DNA of 64,000 nucleotides from Patellaria atrata CBS 101060 (Eukaryota), in contig MU006094.1 of NCBI GenBank assembly GCA_010093705.1, forward strand, positions 1,029,550 to 1,093,549, read 5' to 3'. Made by a program: the position numbers and the translations under genes. Below, piece after piece: positions 16,608 through 31,300 of this stretch (its first letter is position 1; the number at the start of each line of letters is the position of its first letter). Below the pieces are notes generated by a model. That model was given only the letters and a program-made list of their open reading frames with translations. It was not told where the DNA came from and made no database searches.

Positions 16608-17391
16608 TCATAGCCCGCCGATGCCGTTCTTCTCGTCGATGTGCTTGTAGCGTTCGAGTTCCTGGCGGTGCTTGAGCAGCATCGCCGTGCAGAGCAAGAG
16701 CAAGACATCGATACCTGATTATCGATTAGTCATGGGTCTATAAAATAACGAGAATGAAAATTGAAACATACCGACACAGCCGAATAAGGCGGTGAAAACG
16801 ATGTCGAGGAAGCTGTTTGCGTAATCGCTGAAGGGACCAATGCAGCCCTGTCTCTGCGCAGCAACGAGGGAATTACTGCATGTGGAGTCTTGCACAAAGG
16901 GTGGAGAAGTGCTGTTGAGGTAGCCACAGCATTCGAACTAGTCCGGGTTAGTGGCGTTTTCTCACCTCCTCCTATAAGTGGTGACCAACCTTCTGTTGAA
17001 GCAGACTCTGCGCCAATGGTTTTTCCTTCGCCCACATGGATTCTAGGTTACTCCTTGTCTTCAAGGTCTCGAACCAGATTGTCAGGCCGAGGATGAGCGT
17101 GAATAGGGAGCAGAAAACGAGAAGCCAGCCTTGCAACCTCAACCAGGCTTTGTTGGTGGGGATGAATAATGCTGGTAGAGAAACGAGGAAGGTGACGAAG
17201 ATGAATATCGCGTTCACGATTCCTGCGGTCAATGGACATTGACTGAGTAGAAGATGTTGTGCTACGGTATCTGTTGATGGAGCTGCTCGCATTTCCGTCT
17301 CTGACATCAAGGCAAAGGCTAGAATGAGACCTCCGGTTGCGGCAAAGATGAAGTCCATGCTGAGGAACACGAGAGTGAGCTTTTCCACCAT
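16608..17391 (-). CDS. PLS1: Fungal tetraspanin Pls1
   Basis: Exons 17391-16990, 16937-16772, 16714-16608. Four TM helices, the CCG motif (FECCGY) in the large loop, and C-terminal ERYKHIDEK. Confidence 0.93.
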
Positions 17392-19982
17392 CCTGTCGGT
17401 TGTATTTTTGATCTCTTTGAATGCTTCCTTTTGATATTGCAATAATTCCGGACTGAGGCAACTTTTTTATGTCGTGAATTTCGTTCAAAAAGAAAGGTCG
17501 ACCAGCGCTGCAGAAATGAATGGAAACAGACTGGCTGTATGAAGGAGAGACACAGGACGGTCAAGAAGAAGATAAAATAAATGAAAGAATAGTCAAGAGT
17601 TGAACGATCTTGCAGTAAGAGCGCTCGCGTTCTTCACTGCAAAGAATTGGAGGAAAAAAAAAAAAACGCTATAAACAAGAAAGTATACGCACTAAATGGC
17701 GAGAAAGAAACAAAAAGCGCAGAAAAGAGTAGAAGATGGATGGGAGATAGGCAAATATGAGGGCATTGACAGTGATGGTAGCATTGTCAGAGGTCATGAT
17801 GGGCCGGACGTCAAGCGTTTCAGAGGTGTGGCAGACCAGGGGATGGGCGAATCATTCATCGGCCCACAAGGGGATTCTAGGCTCACGGCGACACATGAGG
17901 TGATTCTGGTGTGAGTACGTCTCAAATGCGTCGATACAGATATGTCTTCATATCAATAGCATCATCAGAGTTTCGATGATGGTTGAGATTGTTGTTGTGA
18001 AGTGAGCCGACGTGTGCGAACCGTGGAAGGGAAAATACGTGATTTCCACATCGGAAAATTGTTACGGCGAAGGATATGGTACGCTTACGTGATTGGATGA
18101 AATGAAATCCGCGGATACCGGCAGTGCAGATCTAGCACTAAGCTAAGCGAAAAGGAGGATAGAGAGAACCAATCATTAATCACTGTGAGTGAACATGATG
18201 AAGCATCACGTGCAGACGGTACAGTGCAGCCCAGGGGGTAACAAGCCTCCCTTTTCGTCCTCGAAATCTTGTTCGTCAGGTATGGCTTGGCATGTGTTCT
18301 CCTGGTTGATGGGGTCAAAAATTCGCAACGTTCATTCGTTAATAATCATTATGGTGGACCCTTCAGGCAGGTAATTCAAGGATCCGCAGCGCATCTGATG
18401 AGTGATGAGTGAGGGCGGAATTTGGGGGAGTTGCGGCTTGCTGACAACATGGGTTACGATTCTTCTGTAAGCAAATGTTGCTGACATGGACCGATTTGGA
18501 GCGTATGGTCAGTGAGAGATCTGAATCTAGAATTCAGTTGAAGAGACAATAGAAGATGATGTCGGGTGGTATGACTTTTGGATAGAACTATGTAGAGACG
18601 GATAACCTGAAGGCGGTTGGGTGTAACAAAATACGGTTCGTAACAGCTTCAGATGGGAAGGAGGTCTGAAGTGGGATTTCTCTTCAGAGGTGTCATGGAG
18701 AAAGGAAGCTAGCAAGCCTTCCTAAACTAGCTTTATGATCAGAGGGAAAGTGCAGACGGTGAGCATGACCGTGTGTGATACAGCCAGTAAAAGTGAGTAA
18801 AAGTGAAGCCCCCCACAGATGAAAGTCCGAAATACAGCCCTTTCCCCCTTCCCAAATTCCCCCCTTCCTCTTTTCGAACGTGCTGTCGTTTCACTCGCTC
18901 CCCCATCAAGTCTCACTTTTCCTCAAGGAGAAAAGAAGCACAGCCCTTGAACTGTTCGAGTTACGAGCATCGTTCGTCCATCGTTGGAAGAAAAGGCACA
19001 AGTTCAACGTTCTTTCGAAGCTTTTTTTTTTGACCGTCTCGTTAACCTTTCCTGATCCTATCGAATCATCATACGCACCAAACCTCATTTACTACAAGTA
19101 CGATCCAAGGTCAAGGCTTGGATACAGTTGGTAGTCAAGCGTCAAAACCCGTAACGATCTCCCATCACGGTAGTTGCTACGCTAGGAAAGGAAGAATTAC
19201 AAACCCACAGACCCTTCCTTTCATCTGGGTAATCATCTGTAGATTGTACTGTAAACGTGGGACAAGCGATACGGTTGAGGTGCAAAGAGGGTGGAAAGTT
19301 ACTGTAGGTGGCCAGGTATGGTTACTCCTTTACCTCCTTCGTCGTGCGTGTACGACTTGCGTTGCGGAACCGGGGGTTTTCTTCAGAACCTGAAGGTGGT
19401 AAAGGGTCGGAGTTTTGTTGTACAGGACTGCCCAGAACTGCCCAGCGTAGTTTTGGTGTGGTAACTGTGGTTCTGGTGTGGATGCCCGCCCGCTCGCTCG
19501 CCCCTTCTTTCCTTGCATCCCCCATCCCGCCACCGCATTTCGCAGGGCAATACCGACCCAAACCCAATCCTTCCCTTTTCCTCTTTACAGTTGTCCGCTT
19601 TGCCTGATCAGTCTTTAACAAGCTCTTGTTTTAGAAAATTGACCTCTTAACAACCAGCATTTCAACTATCCAGCATCTGCTGTACCTGCTGAAGACAAAT
19701 TACCATTAACGAACTGCAAAGAGACGAGAATTTGCAGTAAATAAACCCGGAAAAAAAAAAGAAGAGGCATCGGTCGGCATTTCCCAAGTCAGGCGCTTTT
19801 TGCGGTGCGGCAACTGCCCAGGCTGGCTATTAACTGCTCTGTCAAGACAGGTTCCCTCACCACCAAAAAGGCAATCCCTCCCCACACAGTCGCGAAGCAC
19901 CGCAAAGAGTAAGGCCAAACAGTATACCCAAAGCGTCATAGAGCTATCCACCAATTCAAATTTACGTTGCATCGCGACAATC

Positions 19983-20869
19983 ATGGCCAGCGAAATTACT
20001 GATCACGATCAACAACAATCTCCCGGTCACGACGAGGGCAATGGCAACGGAGCTCTCGCATCTGATGCCAATCGAGGCACAAAACGTCCTCGTCCCAGCG
20101 CTGCAGACGACGACGACGACGATGATGCCGCTCCAGGTCGCGAAAGAAGAAAGATTGAAATCAAGTTCATTCAAGACAAGTCGCGAAGGCACATTACCTT
20201 CTCGAAGCGTAAAGCCGGTATCATGAAGAAGGTAAGCACCAGAAACTCCGTACCTCCTCCGCGAACGCGAACGCTCTTGAAGCAGCAACCACCACTTTTT
20301 TCGCGACATCTAGTTCCATGTCGCGTCGCGTCGCACTGCATATATCGCCTCTCCAGATATCGCTCTGACTGACTCACCATCAAGGCATACGAGCTTTCTG
20401 TCCTTACTGGTACCCAAGTCCTACTTTTGGTGGTTTCGGAGACCGGACTGGTCTATACCTTCACAACACCAAAGCTACAGCCTTTGGTCACCAAACCAGA
20501 AGGCAAAAATCTTATTCAAGTAAGATTAATCCTGAATGAATCGAGTAATTGCAGTCGTACTGATAAGTTTAGGCATGCTTGAACGCGCCGGAACCCTCGA
20601 CGGGTAACGAGAATGGAGTCGATGATGGTGGAGTTGACTCGCCAGAGGACAACTCTCATGCACAAGTACAACGACCTGGAGGAATGCCACCCAATGCCGC
20701 CATGCCACAGCAATATGGTGGTATGGGTGCTGGTATGGGTAACGCTGGCATGACCCCAGAGCAAGCACTACACTACCAAACATACCTTCAACAACAACAA
20801 CAGCAAGCCTCAAATCAATACCCAATGCCACCACAAGGCAACTATAAACCTCATCCTCACCAACAATAA
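19983..20869 (+). CDS. MCM1: SRF-type MADS-box transcription factor
   Basis: Exons 19983-20231, 20385-20519, 20573-20869. RRKIEIKFIQDKSRRHITFSKRKAGIMKKAYELSVLTGTQVLLLVVSETGLVYTF and a Gln-rich C-terminus. Confidence 0.97.
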
Positions 20870-21509
20870 ATGGTACAACGACACACGCATCCTTGACGAA
20901 GATGAAGGTAATAATGGAACATGGTTAATGTTTGGTCTATAGCTTGGTGGCTACTAGCGGATGGGGGGTTAAACAAGCAACGAAAACAACTTCCCCCTTG
21001 GCTTTGACAGTAGAAAGGAAAGGTTGTTCCATATACACATGTATACCCGAAATACGTGCGCACACATTCAAACCACTGAACTTTTTCGCGGATCCGGTGG
21101 GAATGCTTGAGGTGTTTTGCTACTAATTTGGGGCTGGGCTTTGAAATCGTGGGAGGGAAACTTTTTTTCCAATTCTTCTCTTTTTCGATCGAGGGCTTGG
21201 TGGTGTCCGTGGAGTTCATCCCTTTCTTTTTATCTAATATGCACGGTGAGAGAGTCGGTTTTGATGTTGTCATGTATTGAGTTTTCAGTATCAGAATCTA
21301 TAAAGTTTTCTCGTACCTGTTATCATGCCATTGTTTATCTCACTCAGCTCTTGATATTTATTTTGTTGCTGGAAGATGGAAGATTGGAGGTGGGATTGGA
21401 GGATTTGGGTAAGCAGAATGAAGAGGAAAGGGAATGGAGAATGTTGGTCTCTTTATTATTATCGTCTTTGTTGTATAGTACTAGCCTCCTCTATATCACA
21501 TCTCTCTGT

Positions 21510-21511
<2 letters not shown>

Positions 21512-21553
<42 letters not shown>
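21512..21553. repeat. (CT)n microsatellite
   Basis: About 20 CT units with one interruption. Confidence 0.95.
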
Positions 21554-21555
<2 letters not shown>

Positions 21556-23071
21556 ACTCAATACTTTCAGTCACACTAGGTTTATATGGCATAGTAGCGT
21601 AACTACTTCAAATCAATCAGTCCCTCACTTTCCTAAAAGGGTAGTCCTGATATCCCTTTTCTAGCACCATGCCTACAACCTCATTAAGTTGCAATTTCAC
21701 ATATTTCCAATCATCAAAGGTCCTTATTGTCCCCAAATTCTATTTCATCCACCATCATTCCTAACCAATACATCACAAACCCAGTTGACCTCATCCTTTT
21801 CGATTTCATTCCTCAATCTCGAAGTATGGTTCAACGCTCGTCACTTATTCTCTTGACAAGCGGGCGTCTCATCTTCAGAACTTAGAAGGAGCCTATTCTC
21901 TCACTCAGCCTTACGATCTTCTTTTCTTTTCTTTTCTTTTCTTTTTTTCTTTTTTTTTTTTTAAAAAAAAAAAAGATATAATACACCATCAAAACTCTCC
22001 CATTTCCCAAACATCCTTCCATTTCATCCCGAGTCAGCCGCACCTTTCCCTACCACAAATTTTTTCCCTAAGGTAAGGTGAGGTAAAGGTAACCACGCCG
22101 ACACCCGACACTTTCAACGTATACATCCTAACTTAAGTCCAATCCCATGGAAACCCAAATTGGTTTCCTCCCCGCCTCATTTTGCATACCTCGTACCCCC
22201 GTCAAATCTAAATCTCCACCACACCCAAAGACTCGAACATTCACGTGCCACCTCAATATCACCCCACCTCAATCACCCATCCCATCCCCCTCCTGGATAC
22301 AACACCCCCCTTTCAATCCTGATAAGGGATTGGAAGTGACGTTGATAGATAGACAGCTAAAGGCTATTCGGCTTATCGAGACTTGCGGGGATGGGGATAC
22401 CGTAGAGTGTTGTGCGGTATATGTGACCGTGTGCGTTGATATGGGTATAGGTATGAAAGAATACGAGGGGGACTATAGGGTTTGCCCGATCATACATCAT
22501 TCCTGTTAAGGGGACTGGGTTGGGAGTGGTACGGATTATGAGACTGTTTATATAGTCTGTCCCTTACTAGCTAGTAGCTACCGTGTATTTCGAGTTCGAG
22601 CGGCGTATTTTTGACTCTTTGTCTCAACGGCCGGATTTACATGGAATAGTTCTACGCTCGAGACGGTCTATTCTAGACTAGCTCTACTGATCTCTTCATT
22701 CCGCGGGATTCCTGACCTCACCACCTCCACCCCTATTCCATTTTGTGAAAGGTCACTATGGCTACCTGACCAAACTCTAGAACTAACCGTGCAATAGCCC
22801 CGATCCGAACGCACACCCAAAACCGTTCCCTTTGCTCGGATTCTGAAATCAATGACGAAGGAACGATTCTGTCTTATGATTCGGCTTGTTATCATCAATG
22901 ACCTCCATTCCTATAGAGCCACACACCCTCACCCCCTCCCCAAAAAAAATCCATCAAGTTAAATAGACACAAACAGTAAACCCCTCGCACGAAGTTAATA
23001 AACTCCCCCACACCTCCAACCCAAGTCCGAACCATGGACAGAACTCCACTCTAGGCTCTGTATATACCTCT

Positions 23072-23106
23072 CCCATATCCCATATCCCATATCCTATATC
23101 CCATAC
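23072..23106. repeat. (CCCATAT)5 tandem repeat
   Basis: Five near-perfect 7-mers. Confidence 0.85.
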
Positions 23107-23245
23107 CTTAAACCCCCCCCTCTCCTTTTACCCCCAACCACCTCACCAGCCCCTGAACACCAAACCCAAAATTCCAACCGCAAGACGCATGGAGAATCGG
23201 AGAAGCGCAGGCCATGGCTATCTAAGTCCCTGAGAGTAAGAAAGT

Positions 23246-23348
23246 GTTGGAGAGAGTTGGAGAGAGTTGGAGAGAGTTGGAGAGAGTTGGAGAGAGTTGG
23301 AGAGAGTTGGAGAGAGTTGGAGAGTTGGAGAGTTAGAGAGTTAGAGAG
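23246..23348. repeat. (AGAGAGTTGG)n 10-bp tandem repeat decaying to 8/7-mers
   Basis: Seven perfect copies at 23251-23320, followed by shortened units. Confidence 0.95.
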
Positions 23349-24424
23349 GGGAGATGTCTTCAGGAACTAGAACGGTAGGGTGGGTGAATGGTATGATATC
23401 CTCATATTCTTAGTTCCAGTTAAAGAAAGCAAGAAAAGATAGGTATGGGATGGGTTGCTATGATTACGATTGTGACTGCGGTTGTGGATCTTTGGGTGTT
23501 TGGGTCTTGTCATCCTACCGAACTAGAACTATTTGGTGGTACAGTAAGGATGTTAACTTTTAGTTCTAAGTATCGACTATCAATTCTTCCTTAAACCTCT
23601 CATCACCCTAATCTCTCATAACCTACCCTAGATCCATTCCCGCTGATGGAAAATCACGGTATAGCACTATATCACACTAGCACTATACCTCAGCTCAATT
23701 TTGTTCTATCTTATTCCACCTTACTCTATGTTAAGCGGGATGATCCGGTATACAGTTCACTGTCGAGTTATGACACAGTATTAAGGTAAATACAGCTGAC
23801 GCATTGGTCGTTGGCTGAAATGATGTAGATCTGGTATATGGGAACCCAAGGTGAAATTTCACACTCGAACGATGAACGGGTAGTTAAACATTCACACTAA
23901 CCGACAATTCCTCTCTTGCATTAACAAACTCGACAATAATAATAAATAATTTCCACAATATGATAGGCTGAATTACACAAAAAGACCGAATGACACAACC
24001 ACCACCTACATTCCATTCCTCCATATGATCCCAAAAAAAAAAACGAACGACTCCTCCTAAAAATCGTGGGTATCAAAGCCAGCCGCCCTCAAAAGTGAAA
24101 GTTAAACTTCCCCTTATATCCTCCGTCCGAATCGAATTCACAAAAAATCCGATGAAATAGAAGGAAGTCGCGAGTAAATAAGTTTGAGCAAAAAAAAAAA
24201 AAAAAACAGATTTATAGAAAATGAAAGCGGAGAGCGCCTAGCTTTTGACACGAAAAAATATGATGTGAATACAGATAAACGAAATGGCTAGAGCGGTGGT
24301 ATGCGGTACGCTCCCTTTTTCTCTCGAGTGCGAGCATTATCAATATAAACGGGATAATAAACAATGAGAAGAGATAGTGGGACTTTTCGGAAAAATATTA
24401 AAATGATAGACAAAAGGATTTGAA

Positions 24425-27400
24425 TCAATTACCCCTCAACAACATCTCTACGGCGCGATCGACTCTCAATCCGTCACCTAAATCCGTCATCCTGAGAGCC
24501 CTTTTCGCGTCCTCGCATGTAAATCCCATCTCGACGATTCTGCGGATTGCCTTCTCGGCCGAGTTCTCAGCGGGATTGTTATCCGCCATCTCGCGCTGCA
24601 GTGGATGCTGAGTTAGCACCATGCGGCGGGGAGTCGCTCGGGAAATCTCCCGTTTAAGGCCGGTATTATAAGAAGGTGATGCTTGGCGCTGTGGTGGAGT
24701 ATAACTGGATGGCGGTGGGGTAATGGAGGGCGGTTGAGGAACTGAGGCGGGTTGAGCGAGGTAGCTTGGTTCGGCGTAAAGGTTTGAGGCACTGGATTCA
24801 GGTCGAGGATTGGGTTGAGTGGGAGAGACTGGACGATCGTACATGGAGGGAACGACGCGAGATGAAGGACGACCTTGGAGCGTGGATTCCCGGAAGGTTG
24901 GTCTTACAACATCCTCAGTATGCATGAAGGAGGTTCGAAATGCGGGTTGGGATAATAATCCTGGAGACAGTGGTACCATCTGGGATTGTCGGAAAGCCGG
25001 GTGGTCGTGAATATTAGGCATAGGAGGGACAGGAACGGTAATGACTTGGCCAGCGTGATAGATCTCTTGTTCAGCGTACGATGACGCCATGGACATTCTT
25101 GGAGTTGGAAGAAGAAGCTGAAGGCCGCGAGGTTGTTTCTGCAGTGGCTCCATTGTCTCCACATTGGCTGGAATTTCAATGGGAGATTCGAGTCTATTCA
25201 TCACACTGCTCCACATACTCATCGGACGTTCCTGGCTCATCCTTACATGAGTACCTCCGCCTGTCGCTTTCTTGAGACGAATCTCCGCTATGTGACCTGC
25301 CATTCTTCTTGAAGTAACCTCACGCATCTCCTGCTTGATGGGAGAGTTTGTACCAAAGATAGCGGCAATTTGTTCTTCGTATACTCGCGATAGCGCTTCT
25401 TTTAAGAACGTGCTACGGCCTCCGTCGAAATCGGGTGCGGGCCAACTCGTCCATTTTTGCTCAGCAGCGAGCATGAAAGCGGTAGGACTAGGGTCGTTGG
25501 CCCAGATGGATAGATCGAGTACAGCTGATAGACCAAGAGTTTTAATCCAGTGACACCATTCCTCTATAGATATTGTTAGAAGAATTAGTAGAACGAACGG
25601 AACAGAGTCTTACCTAGCATGACCTCTTCACCATCAATATCACCACCTTGTACCGCAGTGCAATCAAATAACCCGTAAGCTCTAGCCTGCTCTGTCCGGC
25701 CTTCCATACCTGACACTCCTGAGATAAGAGCACTGAGACAGTTCCATAGTTCGGTCATGTCAAATAGTTGCTCCGCACTCAATCCACCTGGATTGCCTTT
25801 TCCAAAGCATTCAGGTGCACTCATCAACACACTGCTGGACTCCAATTCTGGAGGCTCAACAATGCTGCATGTGCACGTTTGTTGGTGTGCGAGAACACCA
25901 CCTTTCAGCCAATCCATTTGCCCGATAATATCCTCTTCCCTTCCCTTTCCACACCCAAAAGTCTGACAGAAAGTCCAAACTCTCCATGCTGCGTCGTTGA
26001 AACGAGATGCAACCTCAGGATTGATGCTAGTAAGTGATCGGATCGTCTCAGGTCTGAGAAACGTCTTGCACTGCCTGAGTACTATGGATTTAAGACCAGC
26101 AATGACATAAGCATCGCGAAGGTAACAAGCGAAGTAAGATTTGGCGGTGTAGTCCGGCTTGGGTGCAGCACTATTAATCTCAGTTGATTCATTCGGAGTG
26201 CAGATCTCGCGGAATTCCCATGCAGCTAGACTCTGCCGCTTCAGAGTCATGCGCATCAAGCGAAGCTCATTGTCTTTGAAGACTCGATAAAATGCCTTGT
26301 TAAGTACTGCAGTCGCGAAAAGGTCATCAAGGCTGTCAAGATTCTCGAGGATTTTGAGAATAATCGACTCGGCATCGCCGACCGAAATGTTAAGCTCAGG
26401 TTCAGCTTCCCCAGTGGGCTGGGTAGCCTTGGGCTGGGGTTCCTCAAATGAGTAATTTTGTACTACCGGACTTTCAGCCGGATACTGTACTTCATGATGA
26501 TTGAAGGGCATCGAAAGCTTGCCCACATTTTGTTTGAGTTGCCTTATTCGCGAATTCTTATTTTTTCGTGCTCCATCTATCGGGACAGAACTAGTCGTGC
26601 GTCGCACATCGATATTCTGTGCAGCAATATGATTTGGAGATACGCGTATTGAACCCCGCTCGCTGAAATACCCGCTCGGCCTATTTCTGGGAGGAATTGC
26701 TGGAGGTGTCTCTGCAGTTGAGGGGACCATCGCTAAAGGTACTTCTTCCCAATGGAACGGTGACACCTCTGAAAATGCGGTAAGTTGTATTTCAAGATCT
26801 TGCTCAGCCTGACTCCATGTGGGAGTGTCCGTTCTCCTACAGAATGGAGCTTTAGGCATAGGTGCATCGACAATTTCGTATCGTGCCGTTGGCCGGCTAC
26901 GAACTTTAATTGTAGACCGTTTGCTCGCAATCGAGCTTTGCGAACCTCTCCGTCGGCCGGTACTCGAAGCTTGCGAAATCCTGCGTTTGCTAAATGAAGT
27001 TGCCGATGATCGTCTCCTTCCCTTGCTCATGGAGACATAAGAAGGTCGGCGATTAGGACTCCATGCTACTGGGGGATGTGCAGTTGATGCCGCACGGCTG
27101 ACAGCTATTACTTCTGGTGGTGCGGGTTTACCTCGCGCAGGTTTCGGTGGAAGTGGCTTGTTTAAGGAGAGACGACTTTCTCTCCCTGATGGTGAAGGAG
27201 GTATGGCGGTTTCAAGTTGCGGAGATCTCAGTTTCCTTCCTGAAAGGGGAGTTGAAGGGTTAGGTTGATCACCCCGAAGGCTTACTCGGTGTGGAGATTT
27301 GATAGAGTACGTGGCACTACCAGTTTGTCTGTCGAATTTCACTGGCTTCAATATTTCTGGAGCTTGCTCCGCCTCTTGTTCTACGCTTGTCATTGATGAA

Positions 27401-28344
27401 CTTTCGCTATAACTAGAAATTTGCTCTTCTTCTTCTTCGAAAGAGGTATCCGAATCGGAGACATCCGAAGGCCTATGTGGTTCTGGAATGGCATACAAAG
27501 GCATACCGAGAAGCTTTGACGCTTTCTGTCTAGATCGACAAGAACTCGATGCTTGTGAAAGAGGAGATATCATTGATCCGCGGCTTCTAAGAGTTCCATC
27601 TGAACCCGGAGGTGATATTGTGGACATGTTGGTCCCGTTTACAGATTTTGAAGTCCTCTTCGAAGTTGATGGAACCGGTTGCAGAGGTCGACCAGGCTGC
27701 TGTCCAGGAATGACCACTTGAATTCTTGGTCGTTGTTCTTTACTCGAACTAGATGCTCGTTTAGGTGATGCCTGAGAAAAAGTTGAATTTATAGGGCTAG
27801 GATCCGAAAGGAAAGCCTGACTGGCATTAGCAACAAGAGTGACAGGCAAATCTTGGTCCCAACGAGCCTTTCCATCCTTCCAAACCCCAATAATGCTAGC
27901 AGTCGATTGCTTTTTGCTTGCCTTTGGTGATAACGCTGGGCTAGCACTCCTGTGAGAGCTAAATCTGGATGCTGGTCGAATTTCCGGCGTCGGTGATGGA
28001 GTCATACGTCCAATTGCTGAAAGTACCTCATCATTCGGAGATGTTGCCATTGCGATTTCATAGTTCGAGAGTCCCAAAACGTTTGCTGCTTTCGAAGGTA
28101 CAGGTCCACCTTGAGGTACGGCGTGAAGAATGGTTCCATCATAGCTATGGGCCTTCTTGTGACTCTTGCCTAACATCCATCTCTTCGACCTAGGTGACGA
28201 TGACTTGGTGAACTGCATGTTTCGTCTCCCGAACTGCACACTAGGAAACGTCGAGTTTCGTGTAAAGATTGAACCCGAACTCTCATCTGCTTGAAAACCG
28301 TCCTCAGGAATGGGAGGAAACTCGAGATGAGAGTCAGTGGCCAT
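24425..28344 (-). CDS. Large (about 1290 aa) hypothetical protein: disordered Ser/Pro-rich N-terminus, F-box-like helical segment, C-terminal UBA-like domain
   Basis: Exons 28344-25614 and 25563-24425 join in frame across a GTAAG..CTAAC..TAG intron. Motifs ESIILKILENLDSLDDLFATAVLNKAFY and AIRRIVEMGFTCEDAKRAL..RAVEMLL (UBA MGF motif). Confidence 0.88.
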
Positions 28345-31300
28345 GGTGGGTATGCGACGTGTATACAAGGGCTGAGTCAAGGTAGCATGAAAGGGCAAAG
28401 TCCGTGAGTGGTGAGCACCAACAGCATTCGCATGCGCACCTCAGAGTCTGGAGCGGCTTTTGCTGTGGTTGCGATCTACAGAAGATATGTATCAAGAATT
28501 AAGATCCGAGTTGGAAGCAATGAGTTGCATGCAGAAGTCGTCCGAACGCACTTTTCTTCTTTTTTTCCCGCGCTCTCACACTCTTACGCTCTGACTGTAA
28601 CACTTGGCTGGGGGCATGACATATATAGAAGAAGAAGTAACATGCCTTTCATCACTGCATACTGCATCCACAGGTCTGCGCCCGGGGCCATATGGTCGGG
28701 TCGTCAGCCCTTGCACAACCGCTGTTGGCTTGAGACGAGGGTGAGGACCAGGGCAATCAGTCCACAAGATGAATTGTCGTTGGTTGATTTTCGCAGTAAG
28801 CATACACCCATCTGGGATGCCTCAAGGCCAAAGTGATGCATCATTACTCCTGTAGGTAACTTGCAATCTATCTGTACGGTTGGCGTTGCAGGGAGGTTGA
28901 ACATTTTCGGAGCCCTACATGGAGATTATTTAGTGAGGGGTATGGAGAAATTTGGAATGACTTGGAGGACTTGGGAGGTAAACAAGCAGGGCAGTAGTGT
29001 ATGGAGAGGTGGTGACATCTTGGGGTGGGTGTAGTTGGACTCCCCTTGGATAGTGGAAGAGAAGGTGCTCTTGGTGGGTAAGTGCCCCCGAAAATAGACC
29101 CCAACGTGGTGGCTGTGGAACGACCTACAGGCTGCAGTAGGCTGATGAATTTACAGCAATAAACCTTACAGCAGCTACGCTTTCCATTCTCACAACCCTT
29201 CCATGACAGCCACCCTCCACTATCCTTATCCCACAAGGGCATAGAGTTATATGCAGTCCAATATCAGTGAATAGCAGTAGTGTTAGCTTCCTAGGGCTTC
29301 CCCCCCCCCTCTCTCTCTTGTCCCTACGGACACTTACCCCCCGGACTACGGATACTTTCTGCGTGTCACATATCTTCATTGCCCTTCTTGATTCTCAAGA
29401 TGAATTTCTATATCTAAGGCCTGCCGCGCTCAGTGCAAAAATTCAAGAATTGTGAACTTTGTGCAGATCTAGACAATAGGAATGGACTACCAGACTTCAT
29501 TTCAAAGTAGAAGCCTTGTCTCAAACCGAAGTATCACATTGTCCCCGTGAGGAGGAAATGTTTTTCAAAGATAATTTCTTGATCGGATACTTTCATTTTC
29601 GGCTTAAGAAATGACCTCTTAGCCGCTCTCCGTTTTGATAGTAGCAAGCCGTCCCCGATACCAGATCGATCGAGGAAGTCGGTTTCTGATCATATCTCCC
29701 CCTTATGAGCGATTTGATAAATTTTGACGCTTGTAGCTCTTGGACTCGGAGTAGGAGCGTGCACTCAATTTCGTCACTGCGCAAGTTTGAGCACAGATAA
29801 CCTTACATCTTATATCTTCTAGGGGTACTTGAACGTCCATGAGGATATTTGGGACACCTGCAGGAAAAGAACCTTTTTACCTTTTGCTCTTTTGCAGACT
29901 GATATCGGCATTTACTAGCATCTTCCTAGATATCGATAGATGGGGTGTCCTAGCTTGTCGGGCTCTCCCCTTTGCGTGACTGTATTCCGGAGCTGGGAAT
30001 TTGACGTGTATCCTACTAACCATCTTTCCAACGTAACGGGAAGGGTGGTAGTAAATCCCCTAGTGCATCGTGACCAATGCGATTGGCAAGGGAACATATT
30101 GAAGCTGAGCTGAGATATTACCCGGTGGCCTTACACATGGCTGCGTTTGTCGAATATGATAATGATGTTGTGTCAAGGACAGGCCACTATCTTCAATTTC
30201 TTTTCCTCTCCAGTTCCCCGTCCTAGGTATAGATTTTGATTGCAATTCCACTGAATTGCGTTATCATGCTAGAGCTTGATAACACCTCAAAGCGAGCAAG
30301 CGAACAACTGTCCAGTTGAAGACGTTACCAACAGATTTCCCTTGTACCAACAACCACAGGTCGAAAGTTGATCTAACAACCCTTGTTTGAAAGTCCTTAG
30401 GCCCACCTCCCACCTCTCCACATCTTCCGGCAGTCGATGGCGTGGATGGATGGATAGGCAGTCGGGGAGACGCGCCGTCCGCGCCTTTCCCGCCGCCCCT
30501 TGTCCGTCTTTAACGTTGATCAGCATGGATATGCACATCACCTTCCTTCCGCACGTGGACTTCCTTCAAAGTTCGCATCCTATTTCCTAAAGATGAATAA
30601 TCTCGAGAAGAGCGCCATTGTGCTCTCCACTACTCACTTTAAACAGTACCACACTCACATCTTCCTGGAGCCGGTGTCCGAGGAGAGGCCGTAGAAGTTC
30701 GACAAAAGTCGCTCAAGTCTTAACTTGTTTGAGAATATAGCCTTGGCCTGTGGCTGTTGGACAATGAGAAACTGCATACACTTCTGTACCAACAGATGAG
30801 AAGATATGTTTTAGTTACACTAACCGACTGTCCGCTCAGAAAGCATCAAGTGATTGGAAAGCTGTGAAGTGGACGTTGATTACGCGTACTACTCGGTTTT
30901 CCGACAAAGCTGATCGTGTAGCGGAAAGACCGTCAACACGAGAAATGACGTTAGCGGACGGACGATCGTATGGACGATCGATGAGGACAACTATAGGGAT
31001 ATCCGCCGTCGCTGAAACTTTCACTTCCTGATTGAGGACTGTCTTAACAGATCAAGATATCATCTCAGACACGAACGTTATGGCTTCGTACTTTGTAAGA
31101 CTTATCGTCAAATTCAGTGCCTCGGTTTCCCATCAGCAAACACCATGCGCCGGTTGGATTCTCTTAAGTCTGACACTGCAGAATTTCCCCTCTTCCGCGC
31201 TACATCGGCGTGTAGGCGGTTAAAGAGATGCATTGCTCCTTGTTTTTGCCTGCTTCTCCTCCTTTCAGACCGGAGTATCAATAACGTTGTACGACATAAT

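Noticed and set aside
21920..21974. T13A12 inverted homopolymer as a terminator or element end
   Set aside because: Simple low-complexity tract with no TSD or element body.
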